NCBI GenBank assembly: GCA_029717555.1
Contig: JAMDHS010000035.1
Location: forward strand, 62,001-126,000
Reading direction: 5' to 3'
Source: Peribolospora baueri
Taxonomy: Eukaryota
DNA: 64,000 nt
Part shown: one piece after another, positions 29,801 to 40,458 of the stretch
How positions within the stretch are numbered: the first letter of the stretch is position 1
Layout of the letters: each line of letters opens with the position of its first letter
The notes under the pieces: model-generated
Database searches by the model: none
Told to the model about the DNA's origin: nothing
Seen by the model: the letters and a program-made list of their open reading frames with translations, nothing else
Program-made: the position numbers and the translations under genes

Positions 29801-30607
29801 GCCTCCTACGTCCCCTCACGCGCGGCGGAAAATGCGGGTAAAGTGAGGCTCCGCAGGGCGGGAGGCGCCGACGACGCGGCCGATGTGTCGGAGCCGGGCC
29901 TCGGTCAGCGTCACTCGTCGGCTTCGAGCATCGGCGCGGCGCACAAGGGGCTTCTCATCGACGTGCCGCTCGAGAAGCTTTGTTTGGAGGATAGGGAGTG
30001 GGTGAGGAGGCAGAAGGAGGGCAAGGGAACGGAGGAGCAGGTCGCAGCCACGTCGGACGTCCCCGTTGGCGAGCGCCCAGCAGCGGGAACTCGCTACGCC
30101 GCCGCTCAGACGGAGAAGAACGATGACGCTCAGAAAGGCTCGGACGGCACGCAGGGGCACGGGAGTAGGAGGGGTGAAGGAACGGCGCCTTGGGCCCTTT
30201 TCGCCACTCCTACCAGCGCCCACCATTCGAACCGCCCGACGCCTCCTGCGCATTTGTCTCGGCAGGCAGCCTCGGATTACGGCCCGTCGGGTTCGCGAGG
30301 AACGACGACGACGAAGGAGCGACTGATGTCTCGGCTCGTCGAGATGGGCTTTGTCGATAGGCTTGGGGGCACCATCGATGTGGCGAGCGTGGTGTCGCAG
30401 GCGGTAGAGCGCACGAAAGGCAAAGGGAGGGAGAGCGATGGCGGGGTGGAGGAGGAGAGGCTCCTAGGGAGGCTCGTGGAGGAGCTCATGGGCATGGCGG
30501 CCGCGAGGGAGATGGCCGAGGTGTACGGGAGAGTGGGGAAGCAAGGGCCGAGCGTTGGGTATGCGAGGCGCGGCGGGGGTATGCCTGGCGAGTGGTGGCA
30601 TTCGTGA
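26177..30607 (+). CDS. Intronless 1,476 aa protein: two tandem PB1-like domains, long disordered Pro/RGG region, SHD1-like domain, C-terminal UBA-like segment
   Basis: Single long ORF. OPCA-like motifs WVDTGGDEVAVSNQDDF and WVDELGDEVTLENQADF. RVWMDSTGRYSYLASY...GKVRLRR...IDVPLEKLCLEDREWV resembles SLA1 homology domain 1. ERLMSRLVEMGF resembles a UBA MGF loop. Confidence 0.75.
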   Translation: MASITFRTTLDRPLHYGSFSSRLSYFPDVPSYSDLIATVREQWRLGKSTKVRLAWVDTGGDEVAVSNQDDFDVYITINANSSYKDHSRYPPPRLSIICDDSAGDSDSATSFSTSRRPKYSSPMNVFFKTTLDRPFKNRILRTSNGPYQTHIHGFYAFPSYSDLVAIVRKRWRLDRSTDFRFVWVDELGDEVTLENQADFDIYERIVRNKPISSPSSTYLRIHVIQDDPADAPASTSTPSTSLLPADGLGHASTVLAEPTGAAPPPTTLGLASAVLAKAAGPRQGGGKESAGDTLDISASWWDDDFGSAKSSSTVQEPVDANTPVRAAEVDDPPEVLPDPPANAAEGSQRPRPGTGTGMSGSSGPQGLGNLFESLRGNMARVQGTLSDLRDNLSIRLLHPDPAGEPELWDSVDAIGEAAQDIVSQAIDALGSVSAVEVEMARSLFTDNKARSSQTTSASPSTRQAPSCSDVADDLVEKIAQAASEASSEAVRSLFESFHDGLRLTAPSKKTDPTAVLVEKPGPKVGGTSFGIATVEDGEDSCDGAPPHKAPKTKSAETEHMETREEAIPDREPPTDDPFRSGRHPSTRPHYRHRHGTPWLRRRSTTHGPPFGGLRMDWERGLRPMGRMAAGPSFPFHSSLHGTWGPPPRPHTFVPPPPCSPPAPSAAPPASHPPVPVAPPPPGPPPLNFRSNFSYGDFAWTTPSLFAPPFPRDHYSVPSFDGSPFPSGPDKRGPSQMAPAEEADGPVDERHDGNDRMARRTSEDSSLGGGYVKLNDRDGEEQDEDVEMAIEGDNRQSPLSNTVFVGGAPLDDGDSPAAERLKQVREQAEANVAAQRAFTEFERENRHGSSMSREEGDPFNPLQFGRGRGHGRGPRRGGWRRGGRPAGRGRGSAWRPRRWSWGDFGGGFGDEEEEHHFFGTGADRDGDESLADAGQRRGNPLAASHRGPSHRGHHPQRYHNHGHGHGNQPHSSGFKAGVGRGGAFGDMGDWSRRFGDTFGFLGGDSASGGLGSSRHFDQSDPLAGFFDRWFGPDGERVGNWGQTRWKDEAASSSSDEEMSRAIGGDEEKASPPGSFPSAEKVVDEFKDDSSRVKERKQTEEIDASLSTIAQSQLGRPSDKTLPPFDELRAAVQASVDAVATTTTTTEGPDAVKPTGEGNSHRDVPQDSREASDQSDQHHSTAAHSTQPGPSASVSPVRVWMDSTGRYSYLASYVPSRAAENAGKVRLRRAGGADDAADVSEPGLGQRHSSASSIGAAHKGLLIDVPLEKLCLEDREWVRRQKEGKGTEEQVAATSDVPVGERPAAGTRYAAAQTEKNDDAQKGSDGTQGHGSRRGEGTAPWALFATPTSAHHSNRPTPPAHLSRQAASDYGPSGSRGTTTTKERLMSRLVEMGFVDRLGGTIDVASVVSQAVERTKGKGRESDGGVEEERLLGRLVEELMGMAAAREMAEVYGRVGKQGPSVGYARRGGGMPGEWWHS

Positions 30608-32022
30608 GCCGTACGACGTCGTCGAGCTGGGCTTGATCGACGGCCGCGAAGGGAAGGAGTGGTTAAGGTTGATGAAGTGTCTCTGCTTTGAATATGGAGC
30701 CGCACGTACGTAACGTAGCCCGTGCTCGCGGCGTTTCCTCTCTCCGTTTCGTTTTCTTTTTCCAATCCGTCCGCGGTCTCCTCTACGAATGTGCTTTCCT
30801 TTCCGTAACAGCTCTCGATTTCCCGTCCTCCCTCTCCTCTCCTCTTCTGTCTTCCAAACCAAACGGTCGTGTATTTCTCAGCTCTTCGTGGCAAGCCCAC
30901 GTCGTCTCTTTGTAGCTCCTACCTGTGTCTGTGTCCTACGAACATACTTGTAATGACAGTCTCGCAGTGCCCACCGTCCTGGTTTCTCTTCCAGCTGTCT
31001 GATGCGCTCTCTTCAGCGCGGGCCCAGATCTGTTTCCCCTTTCGCCTCCATCTTCGTGCGCTATTTGTCTTCTGTACCAGCCCGCCTCCACCATAAGGGA
31101 AGGTGAAGGATCAGCTGATCACAAAAAGTCGCTGGACGGGGGGCTTTGCGTGCGGATCACGCGGTCCGACGCGAGCACAACGAACGTCCCTTTGCGAAAC
31201 CCGATAGCAGCAATTGTCGTTCCGTCGGGGCCGTGGAGTTTAAATTGTACAGCTCAAAATCCTTTCGCTTCTTTTCTCTTAATGTTTGTTCCCCCCCCCC
31301 CCCAAAATGCTGCCACCACTCTCCGACGACCGCCTTTTCCACTGCCAACACCCAATAATGCGAAAAACTACAAGGCTTGCTTTGCGCTCTCCGTCACGTC
31401 CAAGCACCACTTCGAGGGGAAGGAATGCGAAAAAAAAAAAGCGTATTGGTATTGAGGAGTGGTCGTTCGTGGTGGCTTCAACTTCAAGCGGTGAGGACTG
31501 GCATTGGAGGAACTGTGAAGTATTCGGAGCGTTTTCATCGGCCTCGGGTTAGTTAGTGTGCTGTGTGCCATGTCAGGTGGGATCTCGGCACGGTGGGCCG
31601 GAATGCTTTCCTTTCCTTTCGTCTCTCTTCGCCTTCGGTAAGGGCACACACACGGATGACCGAGCCGACGCCGCGGTGTTGGATGCACACGCACGTCGGC
31701 AGACCGAGACGGGAGAACAACTCGAGGATAACACAGCACACGGTGGATACAAGACAAAGACAACACGGTGGGATATAAAGTACAATCTCGATTCGAGAAG
31801 CAGCAGCACACGCACGGTACACGTTAGATAAGGAGAGACGGTCAAATCCATCAGCAGTCAGTCAATCGCACCTGGGAGCGAAGGGAAGCGGGGGGAATAA
31901 AGAAAGCGGTCCGGTCCGGTCTGTTTCTATGTGCGTTCACACTCGCCCTTCCCTGGTCTTCCGTTGCCTTCCGTTGCCTTCGAGTAGGATCGTCGGCGGC
32001 GACGCTCGGTATCAGACGTAGC

Positions 32023-33791
32023 CTAGTGCCATGAACGGCGGACCGAGGGGCATGGTCATGGAGACGAGGATGTCGTCCACGCTATGAAAGAGGCAAAGGG
32101 TGGAGCAAAAAAAGGCACGGAATGCAATCAGCGCTCGCTAGCTCGTTCGCGAGCGGACAAACGCACGGACAGACAGACAGACAGCAAACAACTTACTCAC
32201 TGCGCCTCCGCGTCCAGGTCTTGGCATCCGTGTTGACGTGTCCGATGGCAATGTTCGCCACTTCGTCGACGTGGCCAAGCGTCAGCGCCGGCGTCGACTC
32301 GATCATCATCGCCTCGGCCCATCCCGGCGGCATGCCCGCGCCGAGACCGGACGGCATGTCAAAGGTGGCCTGAAGAGGCGACTGTGAAGGCGTTGGGAGG
32401 ATTGGTCCGCAGACGGACGACGACGACGACAAGTCCGGCAGAGCGCAAGGCAAGTCGAGGTGCGACGCGACGGCGGATTGTGGGAGCGCTTCTTGAGAAA
32501 CGTCGAGCGGACCAAAGGCGGCGGGAGAAGGAACGAGCTGGGCGGACAGGTCCGGCGTCGGAGGGCCGTGGGTGGTCGGGGACGTGTAAGCGGGAGCGTA
32601 ACTGCTGGTCGTCGACAGCGCTGGCATGTCTAGCCTGAGTGAGCCAATAGACTGACACGAGGAGGGGGTCGTGACAACGTCGTCGGCCGTGTGCCCACGT
32701 CCTCTCGAGCTCGGTACGGGACCGAAACAAAGGCCGCCGAACGTGGCTGTCGCCGGCGGCGCCGATGCTGGCCAACGTTGCGGTGTCGCGTCGAACGCTG
32801 AGACATGAACGGAGAGAGAGGCTGGAGTAAGGTGGCCGCCGTGTCGTCCGACGCCTCGAGTGGCCCACGTTTGCGTTTGAAAGCCTGACCCGTTCCCGCT
32901 TGACAAGCCGCCCGCCGTCATCGGCCTTGCGACGACCACCGATGACCTCGGCGGTTTCACGTCAGCGTTGACGAGGTTGAGGCGCTTGAGCTTCGAGGCA
33001 GAAAGGTCGCCAGAGTAGCGACAAATGAGGTTGTGCTTGGTGCATCTGCCACAACGCTCCTGTCGGTTGTCTACGCGCTCGCACCTGCGGGATTGGATCG
33101 CCGTCAAACCCGGGGGGAGGCGAGATGAGTGAGCGCCGGCGACGTTGACGGCAAGCGCTGAAGTAGCAAGCGACAGTCTAGAACGGCAGCGAGACTGGGT
33201 AGAGCCGGAATCGACGCTCACTTGACTTTATCGCCTCTGCAACGGTTACAGGCTCTCCTCAGCCTCGATTTTCGCGATGACGACGCTGGCGTCTCAGGCT
33301 CCGGGCCGTCGACGGTACGCTCGCCGTGGTCCCCATCGGCGTTGTCGTCTCGTCGCCAGCGCTTGGCCGGGATGGCGTCCGGGGGTTCGGAGGCGGAAGC
33401 GCGACGGAAGCGCGCTCGGTCATCGGTCGTGGAGTCCACGATCGACGGACGGCGGCGATGGGAAAGAGAATCTTGAGCATGAAGCCAGTGGGCGGGGTAA
33501 GAGGAACGGTTGTGATTGTCGTCGGATTCGGATTCGGATCCGGATCCGGATCTGGGCGAACAGCCGAGGCAGATACATGGTGTTTGGTGATTTGGACCGG
33601 GCATGCAGGTGCAGTTCCAAGACGTGTGTCTGGACGGAAGGTTGGGAGAGGGGGACATGGGACACTGGACTGGACCGGGAAAGGCAGCGGGTGAAGCTCG
33701 TCGAAGGGAGCGGCGAAGCAGGATCGGGACGGTGGACGGCACCGGGGAGAGGGTCCCTTTCTATATCTTTGACATCGGAGACCGAATCCAT
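32023..33791 (-). CDS. Zn(II)2Cys6 transcription factor without an obvious middle homology region; 3-4 exons, both ends uncertain
   Basis: RLRRACNRCRGDKVK|CERVDNRQERCGRCTKHNLICRY is joined across an intron (~33085-33221). A likely short first exon starts at ATG 33791. The C-terminus depends on the tandem donor GTGAGTAAGT at ~32200. Confidence 0.8.
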
Positions 33792-35054
33792 GGTCGTAGA
33801 CCGTCGTACGACCGGCGCTGACTGACGACCGTGGCGGGCCGGCCGGCGGCTGGAGGAAGAAAGGAGTGAAGAAGACAAAGGGAGACGGGATCATATCTAG
33901 TGGACGAGCGAGCGAGCGGTTGGGCCGGGAGGGGCCCGAAAGGGAAAGAAAGCAGTCTGTGTGGGGGAAGTGAGAGGAATGGCGACCAGGGCGCGTGCGT
34001 CCCTTTGTCTCGGGATGATGGGATGATGGGAGATGGGTGAGAGAGTGTGGCTGCGGACAAAAAGAAGAGAAGAGGCGACAATGAGGCGACAGTTGAAAGG
34101 TCATTGTGGACAAGGCGGAGAAAGCAAGGTGTGGTGGCGTTCGAGGACAATCATCTCGTCGTGCATGATTCCGCTCGTCGTGCGACCCTCGCACGGAGGG
34201 CGACAAAGGAGGCGACGATGATGACAATGATGATGATGAAGGACAAAGGAGGACAAAATGGACGACGACAACGACGACGGATGGATAGATGATGACCACA
34301 ACCACGAAAGGTAGACAGACAACAGAGAACACCTCCGGCCGAGTGTCCAGGAGTCGGAGTGGCCACCGCTTTCCTTTCCCCCAATGCAACAACGTATTCA
34401 TTCACTCTCATCGCACAACCCAGCCAACGCCCTCCTCCTTGCCAACGTCGTTCGTCCGCCTTGACCAGGTCGATATTACGCGTTCACCCACCACCTCGTG
34501 TCGCCACGACAAATCCCCTCCCCCCTTCGGCCCCCGTCCGACGCAGGCCGTCCCCGGCGTCCATGCGTGCGCCATGTGGGATGTATGTATGTACGTATGC
34601 GGTACGGTGTGACGTCGCGTGGCCCGCCGTCTCACCCGTCCGTCCGTCCAAGTCGTCCCGACACCGCACGTGCGACGAACAGACAGGCGGACTTGCGCTC
34701 CCAACCTCGACCTCCACCTCCACCGTCCCCTTCCCCTTCCCCCGCCTCGGCGAACGCCCGACGCGGCGACGCGACGCGGCCACGAACCTGTCGTCTCGAG
34801 ACAAAGCGAGCCGAGCCAAGTCAAGTAAAGCAAAATGAAAATAAAAATAAAAAAGGCGCCACACAGCGCTCCACGTTCCGTATACTATATGTATATTTCC
34901 AGAGTCGGCAACCTACTCTTACAATAACGCAACGCTACGCTATCTCATGCGGTTGGGTAGGTAGGTGGGACAAAGGTGCGCACGGGCCACGCATTCTAAG
35001 ATCGCACCCACTTCACGCCACCAACCACCCCACACTGACACCCGGGCCCGCACC

Positions 35055-37166
35055 TCAGCCGACGCCCTCCGTGTCCGGAGGCCCCGCGGGCCTGTGCTGC
35101 CCGTCCTCGTCGCCTGGCGTCCGCGTCCGCGTCGAAAAGAGCGTTCCGGCGACGCTCGCCGCCGCAGCCGCGTCCGACGGCCCTTCTTCCCTCTCCGAAA
35201 CGCCCACCTCGTCTTCCGCCGTCGCGTCCGTCGCCTTCGTTGCACGATCACCTGCATCACTCCTCGTCACTGTCCCCACCTCCTCCACCGGCTCTACCGC
35301 CGCCGCCTCGGCCGCCGCCGTGTCCTCCGACATGCCCGAAAGCGACGGAGATACCGACCTTGGCCGAGAAGCAGAGCGCGACGGCGCCGGCGTGCGCTCA
35401 AGCCGGTACGCTGCATGAGAGCGTACTAGAGAGTGATAGTAGTGCTGGAGTAGTGCGCCGGGGCACTGTTATTTGTACGTGAAAAGCGGAACGAGCAATA
35501 GATGTGAGCAAGTCGGCCGGCTAGCCTTCGCAACGCTCGATCCAAAGACTCACCGTCAAGCGCCAATCTATGATCCTGCAAAACTCCTTCTCCAGCACGT
35601 TGAGCTCCGTCATCGAAATACCTCCCACGCGGGCGTAGTGACCTGGAAACATGGGGTGAAGGGGGGAAGCCAGCGAGAAGAGCGAGGACAGCACAAGTCA
35701 GTCCGACGTCCTGGTCCGAAAAGGCAAAGCGTAGCGTGACGTGACGTGGCTGACGCGCACCGCTGGCAGTGCCGTACGCCTCTGTGCTGACATGACCGCC
35801 AGGTCGATACACGTAGGAAATGACGAAACACATGCGACACACGGTAGGTAGATGCGACACGGTAGGTAGGACGTGCGAGGCGAGGCGGGCAGACAGAGTC
35901 ACCCATCCATCCATCCTGACGAGCCGCAGGCAGGATGGCTACCTGGACGTGCTCGTGGGGAAACGAAACGAACACTCACTGTTCGTCGAAAACGCATCGC
36001 AAAGGGCCTTGCTGGCCACCACGACGCTCACGCAGACAAATCGATGCACCGTGAGACCGCAAATCGTGAAACCCTCTAATCGCTCGCACACGCGATCGAT
36101 GTAGACGAGCAGGATAAGCAGGCACGACTTTTCAATGTTTGTGTATCGAGCGATGCGATGCAGGTAGGCGACGATGGAGATTGTCGGCGTCGCTCTTGAG
36201 TGGAAGCGGGTTAGGTTGGACGGGTGGAGGGGGAGGAGGTCGTTGTGTGCCACGAGACGGGACAGCATGTCGGCTAGAATGGCACCAGGTGGCGACGAAA
36301 GCAGGTGAGCGTCACGGACGAGCGGCTAACGCCTCCAATGATGTCGCCTACTCACCCACGAGGACGATGATGTCCTCTACCCTCGCATCTTCAAAGTTCC
36401 GAGGCATGACCGTCCTGTCATCCTTCTCTTCTCCCTCCGCCATCTCACCCTCCTCTTGCTCGACTCCGGCATCCGGATCTCTCGCTCCAGCCGCGTCATG
36501 GCGTGGAGACCGATTTGACCGAGAGTCGCCGGCTAGAGAACCTGCACGCTCGGTGTTTCCAGCGTCCTGTTGCGCCTGCAACAGCTCTGGCGTCGCCTTG
36601 GGTACGATTCGCGGCGAAGGGGGTGTCGGGACCAGTGAGGGTGGGGTTGAAACTCGTGGTGCTGCTGGAAATGTCGACGACAGACAAGCGGCGCCTCCTG
36701 AACCGGCCGTGAGACAGGGAGACGTGCGCGCCGTAGGACCGTTCTCCGCGTCCCCCATCGGTGGTGGCGATCCAGGCTGCCCGCCAGTTGGGGAGCTCCT
36801 CCTTCGCTTGAGCGCGCTGCGTGGGGCACCCGGGCTACCTGGTGGCGCGACAACGTCGGTGGTGCAAATCCCTGTGGAGCCGAGAACAGCATTCGCTGCC
36901 GTCGGTGTGCCTGGAAGAATCGGTCGAGCAGAGACATCCACAGGGCCCACCGGTTCCGGAGCCGGTGAAGAAGAGGAGGACGGGTCGGGGCCCCTACGAG
37001 ACGCGGGACTTCCACGAAAAGATGGCGTTCCCTGAGAGAAGGCGAGCGACGTTCGAGGAGAAGATGAAGGACCAGGACGCGGAGACTTGGAGTTGGACCT
37101 ACGAGGTGGGAAAGGGCTGGGAGAGAGAGATGGCGAGGAGGAAGGGGACATGGAAGTGTCCAGCAT
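35055..37166 (-). CDS. Pho80/PCL-family cyclin; 4 exons
   Basis: MLSRLVAHND...LTRFHSRATPTISIVAYLHRIARYTNIEKSCLLILLVYIDR...TVHRFVCVSVVVASKALCDAFSTN|HYARVGGISMTELNVLEKEFCRIIDWRLT|CPGALLQHYYHSLV is a Pho80/Nuc-1 regulator PREG-type cyclin box. Confidence 0.9.
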
Positions 37167-37330
37167 AGGGCGCCAGTTGCCGCCGGTGAATCCGGGCCAA
37201 AACGCGAGGCCAAAGGAGGGCCGATGCGGGGACGAGGTGCAAAAAGCGCCCAGGCGGTTGCTGGGTTACCCCTGCTTTCCCCGAGAGCGCCGCTGCTCAC
37301 GTCTGTGACGAATCTAGAAAGCCGGACTTC

Positions 37331-37459
37331 AACGTGCAAGCACTTTCTCCATCTGGCCTGATGTTCGGGCCTTTCTGCATCTGGAGACAAACTCTTGAGA
37401 ACGGCCTCAAAAGTTTGCACGTGGATGTCACGTGAAACGATCGCGTGACTATACACGTG
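37331..37459. promoter_or_regulatory. Cluster of bHLH E-boxes (3x CACGTG plus 1x CACGTT) upstream of the Pho80-like cyclin
   Basis: CACGTG at 37418, 37429 and 37454; AACGTG (CACGTT on the minus strand) at 37331. These lie 165-290 bp upstream of the cyclin ATG. Confidence 0.6.
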
Positions 37460-37971
37460 ATAGTTGCTGCGGCGTCGCTTTGGTCGCCTCCCTCAAATAG
37501 TCTCGCCATGGTGATTGCTCCCGAACGGCAAAAGAAGCGTTCCACCGGAGGTTGCGGAAGGCATATCGGTCCGAAGAGGCGGGCGTCGGGTGGTGTTGGA
37601 GTACGGGGAAGGGAGAGTGCATCGTTGGGGAAGACTCAGGACATCGGCCTACTGTCCGGGAACCTTTGCGCCTCTGGGGTTCGCGCCTCTGGGGCCTGGG
37701 TCATGGCGAGCTCACCTCTTGTTTGGCGTTCTTCTCTGCCCGTCCATGGGGGTCTCCCGGCACTATCGCTCTTCCGCATTCGGCTGCGATTTCGCTTCGC
37801 CTCTCTGATGCCGGACCGAAGGCCGACACTAAGTTACTGCCCCCGGCGGTCGAATAATCGGTTGTGCCTGACAAGCGGGACCCCGCATCACGTTCACCCG
37901 CACTTCCCACCGGTTGGTCTGCCGTGGATATGCCCATCGTCTCCTTCCTCTCCCTCCCTCGTTGTTGCGTG

Positions 37972-37980
37972 TATATAAAA
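37972..37980 (+). promoter_or_regulatory. TATA box upstream of the GH28 gene
   Basis: TATATAAAA about 100 bp upstream of ATG 38075, in otherwise GC-rich DNA. Confidence 0.6.
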
Positions 37981-38074
37981 TGACGGATTTGGGGCCCCTC
38001 CATCGCTACGACCTGAAGACATCCGCGCTCACAGTGTACCTCTTTCCAGGAGTCTGACTTGGATCTTGCCCAGG

Positions 38075-40458
38075 ATGCGTCTGCTCTCCCTCTCGCTTCT
38101 TCTCGCGTCCAACTGTCTCGCCTTTGCGGCGGCCACGCCTCTCCATGGTCGCGACTCCATCGTGCCTCTAGGCAAGAAGACCTGCACGGTCCATGCGTCC
38201 GGCAACGGCGCCGACGATGCCCCGGCGCTGCTGGCCGCGGTCAGCAAGTGCGGCAAAGGCGGAAAGATCATCCTTCCGGACAAGTGAGTGCGCCTTCGAG
38301 AACCAGAAGAAGGCTCGACGATGGTGAGCCGACGGACACGCTGATGAGCGCCACCGATTCCACCTTGGCTCGTCCAGGAATTATACTATCGCTCAGCCAA
38401 TCACGACCGAGTTGCATGGCGCCGAAATCGAGCTGCACGGCTTCTTGTCCTTCACACCCAACGTCGACTATTGGGTGAAGAACAGCTACAGGGTCAGTGC
38501 GGCTTCTTGGTCGTGGGATCGGACAACCTCGCACGTCAGCTGAGCTCGCTCTCTCGTGTCTTTCGGTCCTGCTCCCTCTCAGGTCGACTTCCAGAACCAG
38601 TCCACCGCGTGGTTCGTGACCGGCTCGGACTTTGTCGTCGACGCCCTTGGCTCGGGCGGCATCTTCGGCAACGGCCAGACGTGGTACAGCTGGTCGGCAG
38701 GTGCGTCCAACTCCTTCGGCCGCCCGATCAGCCTCACTGTCACGAATGCGACCAGGGGAATCATCAGGAACTTCAACATCATCCAGCCGCAGTTCTGGTA
38801 AGAGACACCCCTTTCTGACTGTCATGCTTGCACTGGTCTCCTTACTAGCGAGCTTCGTTCTTTTCTTCTGAACAGGGCCACCTTCGTTATTGTGAGGCGA
38901 TGTCATTGGTAGTTCCATCTTGTTCGGAGACTGAAAGAGTGTTCTCTGCCGTGGTCCAGGACTCTAAAGAGATCGCGATGGAGAACTTCTACATCAACGC
39001 TACTAACACTGACCCGAGGGTTAGTTTCGTACTCTGCGCCGGCCAGACTCTTAATCCCTTCTTTTCCCGGTTGGCTGAACTGGACTGACCCACCATTGAA
39101 CCTCACCGTGACGATAGGGCGCGGGCCAGAATTGGGTACAGAACACGGACGGAGGAGACAGCTATAGAAGCTCCTGGCTCGCGTTCAAGAACTTTACCTA
39201 CCAAGGCGGTGACGACTGTTTCGCCTTCAAGGGCAACTCTAGCAACGTTTACATCGGCGACTTCACCTGCTACGGTTCAAATGGAATCGCCATCGGTGAG
39301 TTGTCTCGTTTTTTTCCGCAAGGTCCGTTCACCGTGTGAAGACCTGCTGCTGATCCTTCACCGTCCCGAGCACAGGCTCCCTCGGGCAGTATCCGGATCG
39401 CGTACGTGACCTGCCCCTTCTTTCCGTTCCGAAGTAGAAGTGTGAGACAGGAAAAGCTGACAATGATCTTCTTGCGCGCCCGCTGCGTCATCGGCCGATC
39501 GCCTCGCTTAGTATGACATCGTGGAGAACGCCTTGGTGGAGAACATCGTCGTAAGTACAGCTGCGTCCAGTCGACAAATTGCTGCGAAGAGGGAGCACCT
39601 TTCTGACCCCACTCGATATCTTCTGTTGCTGCGATGCCCTATCCAGACCAAGCCGTCCCTTCACATGGCAGCTAAGAACCATGTCTACTTCAAGTCATGG
39701 TGGGTTGTGGCTCCCTCCTGTTGGAGTCCTTAGCTGCTCGTTTGCTGAAAGTAGTTCCGTTGGGGCTTTTTTTTTCTCGCCCGTGTTTCTGTTCGAAACA
39801 GGATTGGAGAATACGTCGGAACCCCGCCTAACGGAGGAGGAGGTGCGACCTGCGTTTCTTCTGGTCCTCACTTCCAATCTGAACCCCTCTCTCCCCTCCC
39901 GTCCTCTCCCGTCAGGTGGCAGCGGAATCGTCAGGAACATGACCTTCAGGAACCTCTACAGCGAGAGCAACACGTTGCCTCTCTCGCTCACGTCGACGTG
40001 AGTGCTCGTGCATCGGCTCACGCGCTCTGAATGTCTCAAAGGTTTTCACACACATTTTTTTTCCGTCGCCCCCTTCTGCGCTTCGTTATTTTCACAGTAA
40101 CAGCTACATCAAGCTCAACTCGACCTACGCAAACACCTCCACGTTGGCCTACGAAGACATTCACTTCTACAACGTATCCGGGACCTCGTCTACGGATAAG
40201 GTAAGCCTTTATCATGTTGTGGTTGCGCAGTCTTGTCCCTCGTTCATCCTCACCTAAAAATGTTGTCCCCACGCTGTTCCTTGCCTTCGCTCCTCCACTC
40301 GCCAGGTCGTTGATTTTGAGTGCTCGACCAAGGGCCCCTGCACTGGCTGGACCTTTGAAGACTTCAACGTCAAGCCCGTCAACAGCTCGGACCCGCAGGA
40401 GAACTTTGTGTGCCAGAACTTCTTCAATTCCACCGGCCTCAGCCAGTGCCACGGATGA
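38075..40458 (+). CDS. Secreted glycoside hydrolase family 28 (exo-polygalacturonase/rhamnogalacturonase-like); about 12 exons
   Basis: Signal peptide [91 protein letters not shown]. Confidence 0.9.

Noticed and set aside
30700..32000. Possible ncRNA or small gene between convergent genes
   Set aside because: No tRNA, snRNA, snoRNA or TPP-riboswitch signature was recognised, and the ORFs lack motifs.
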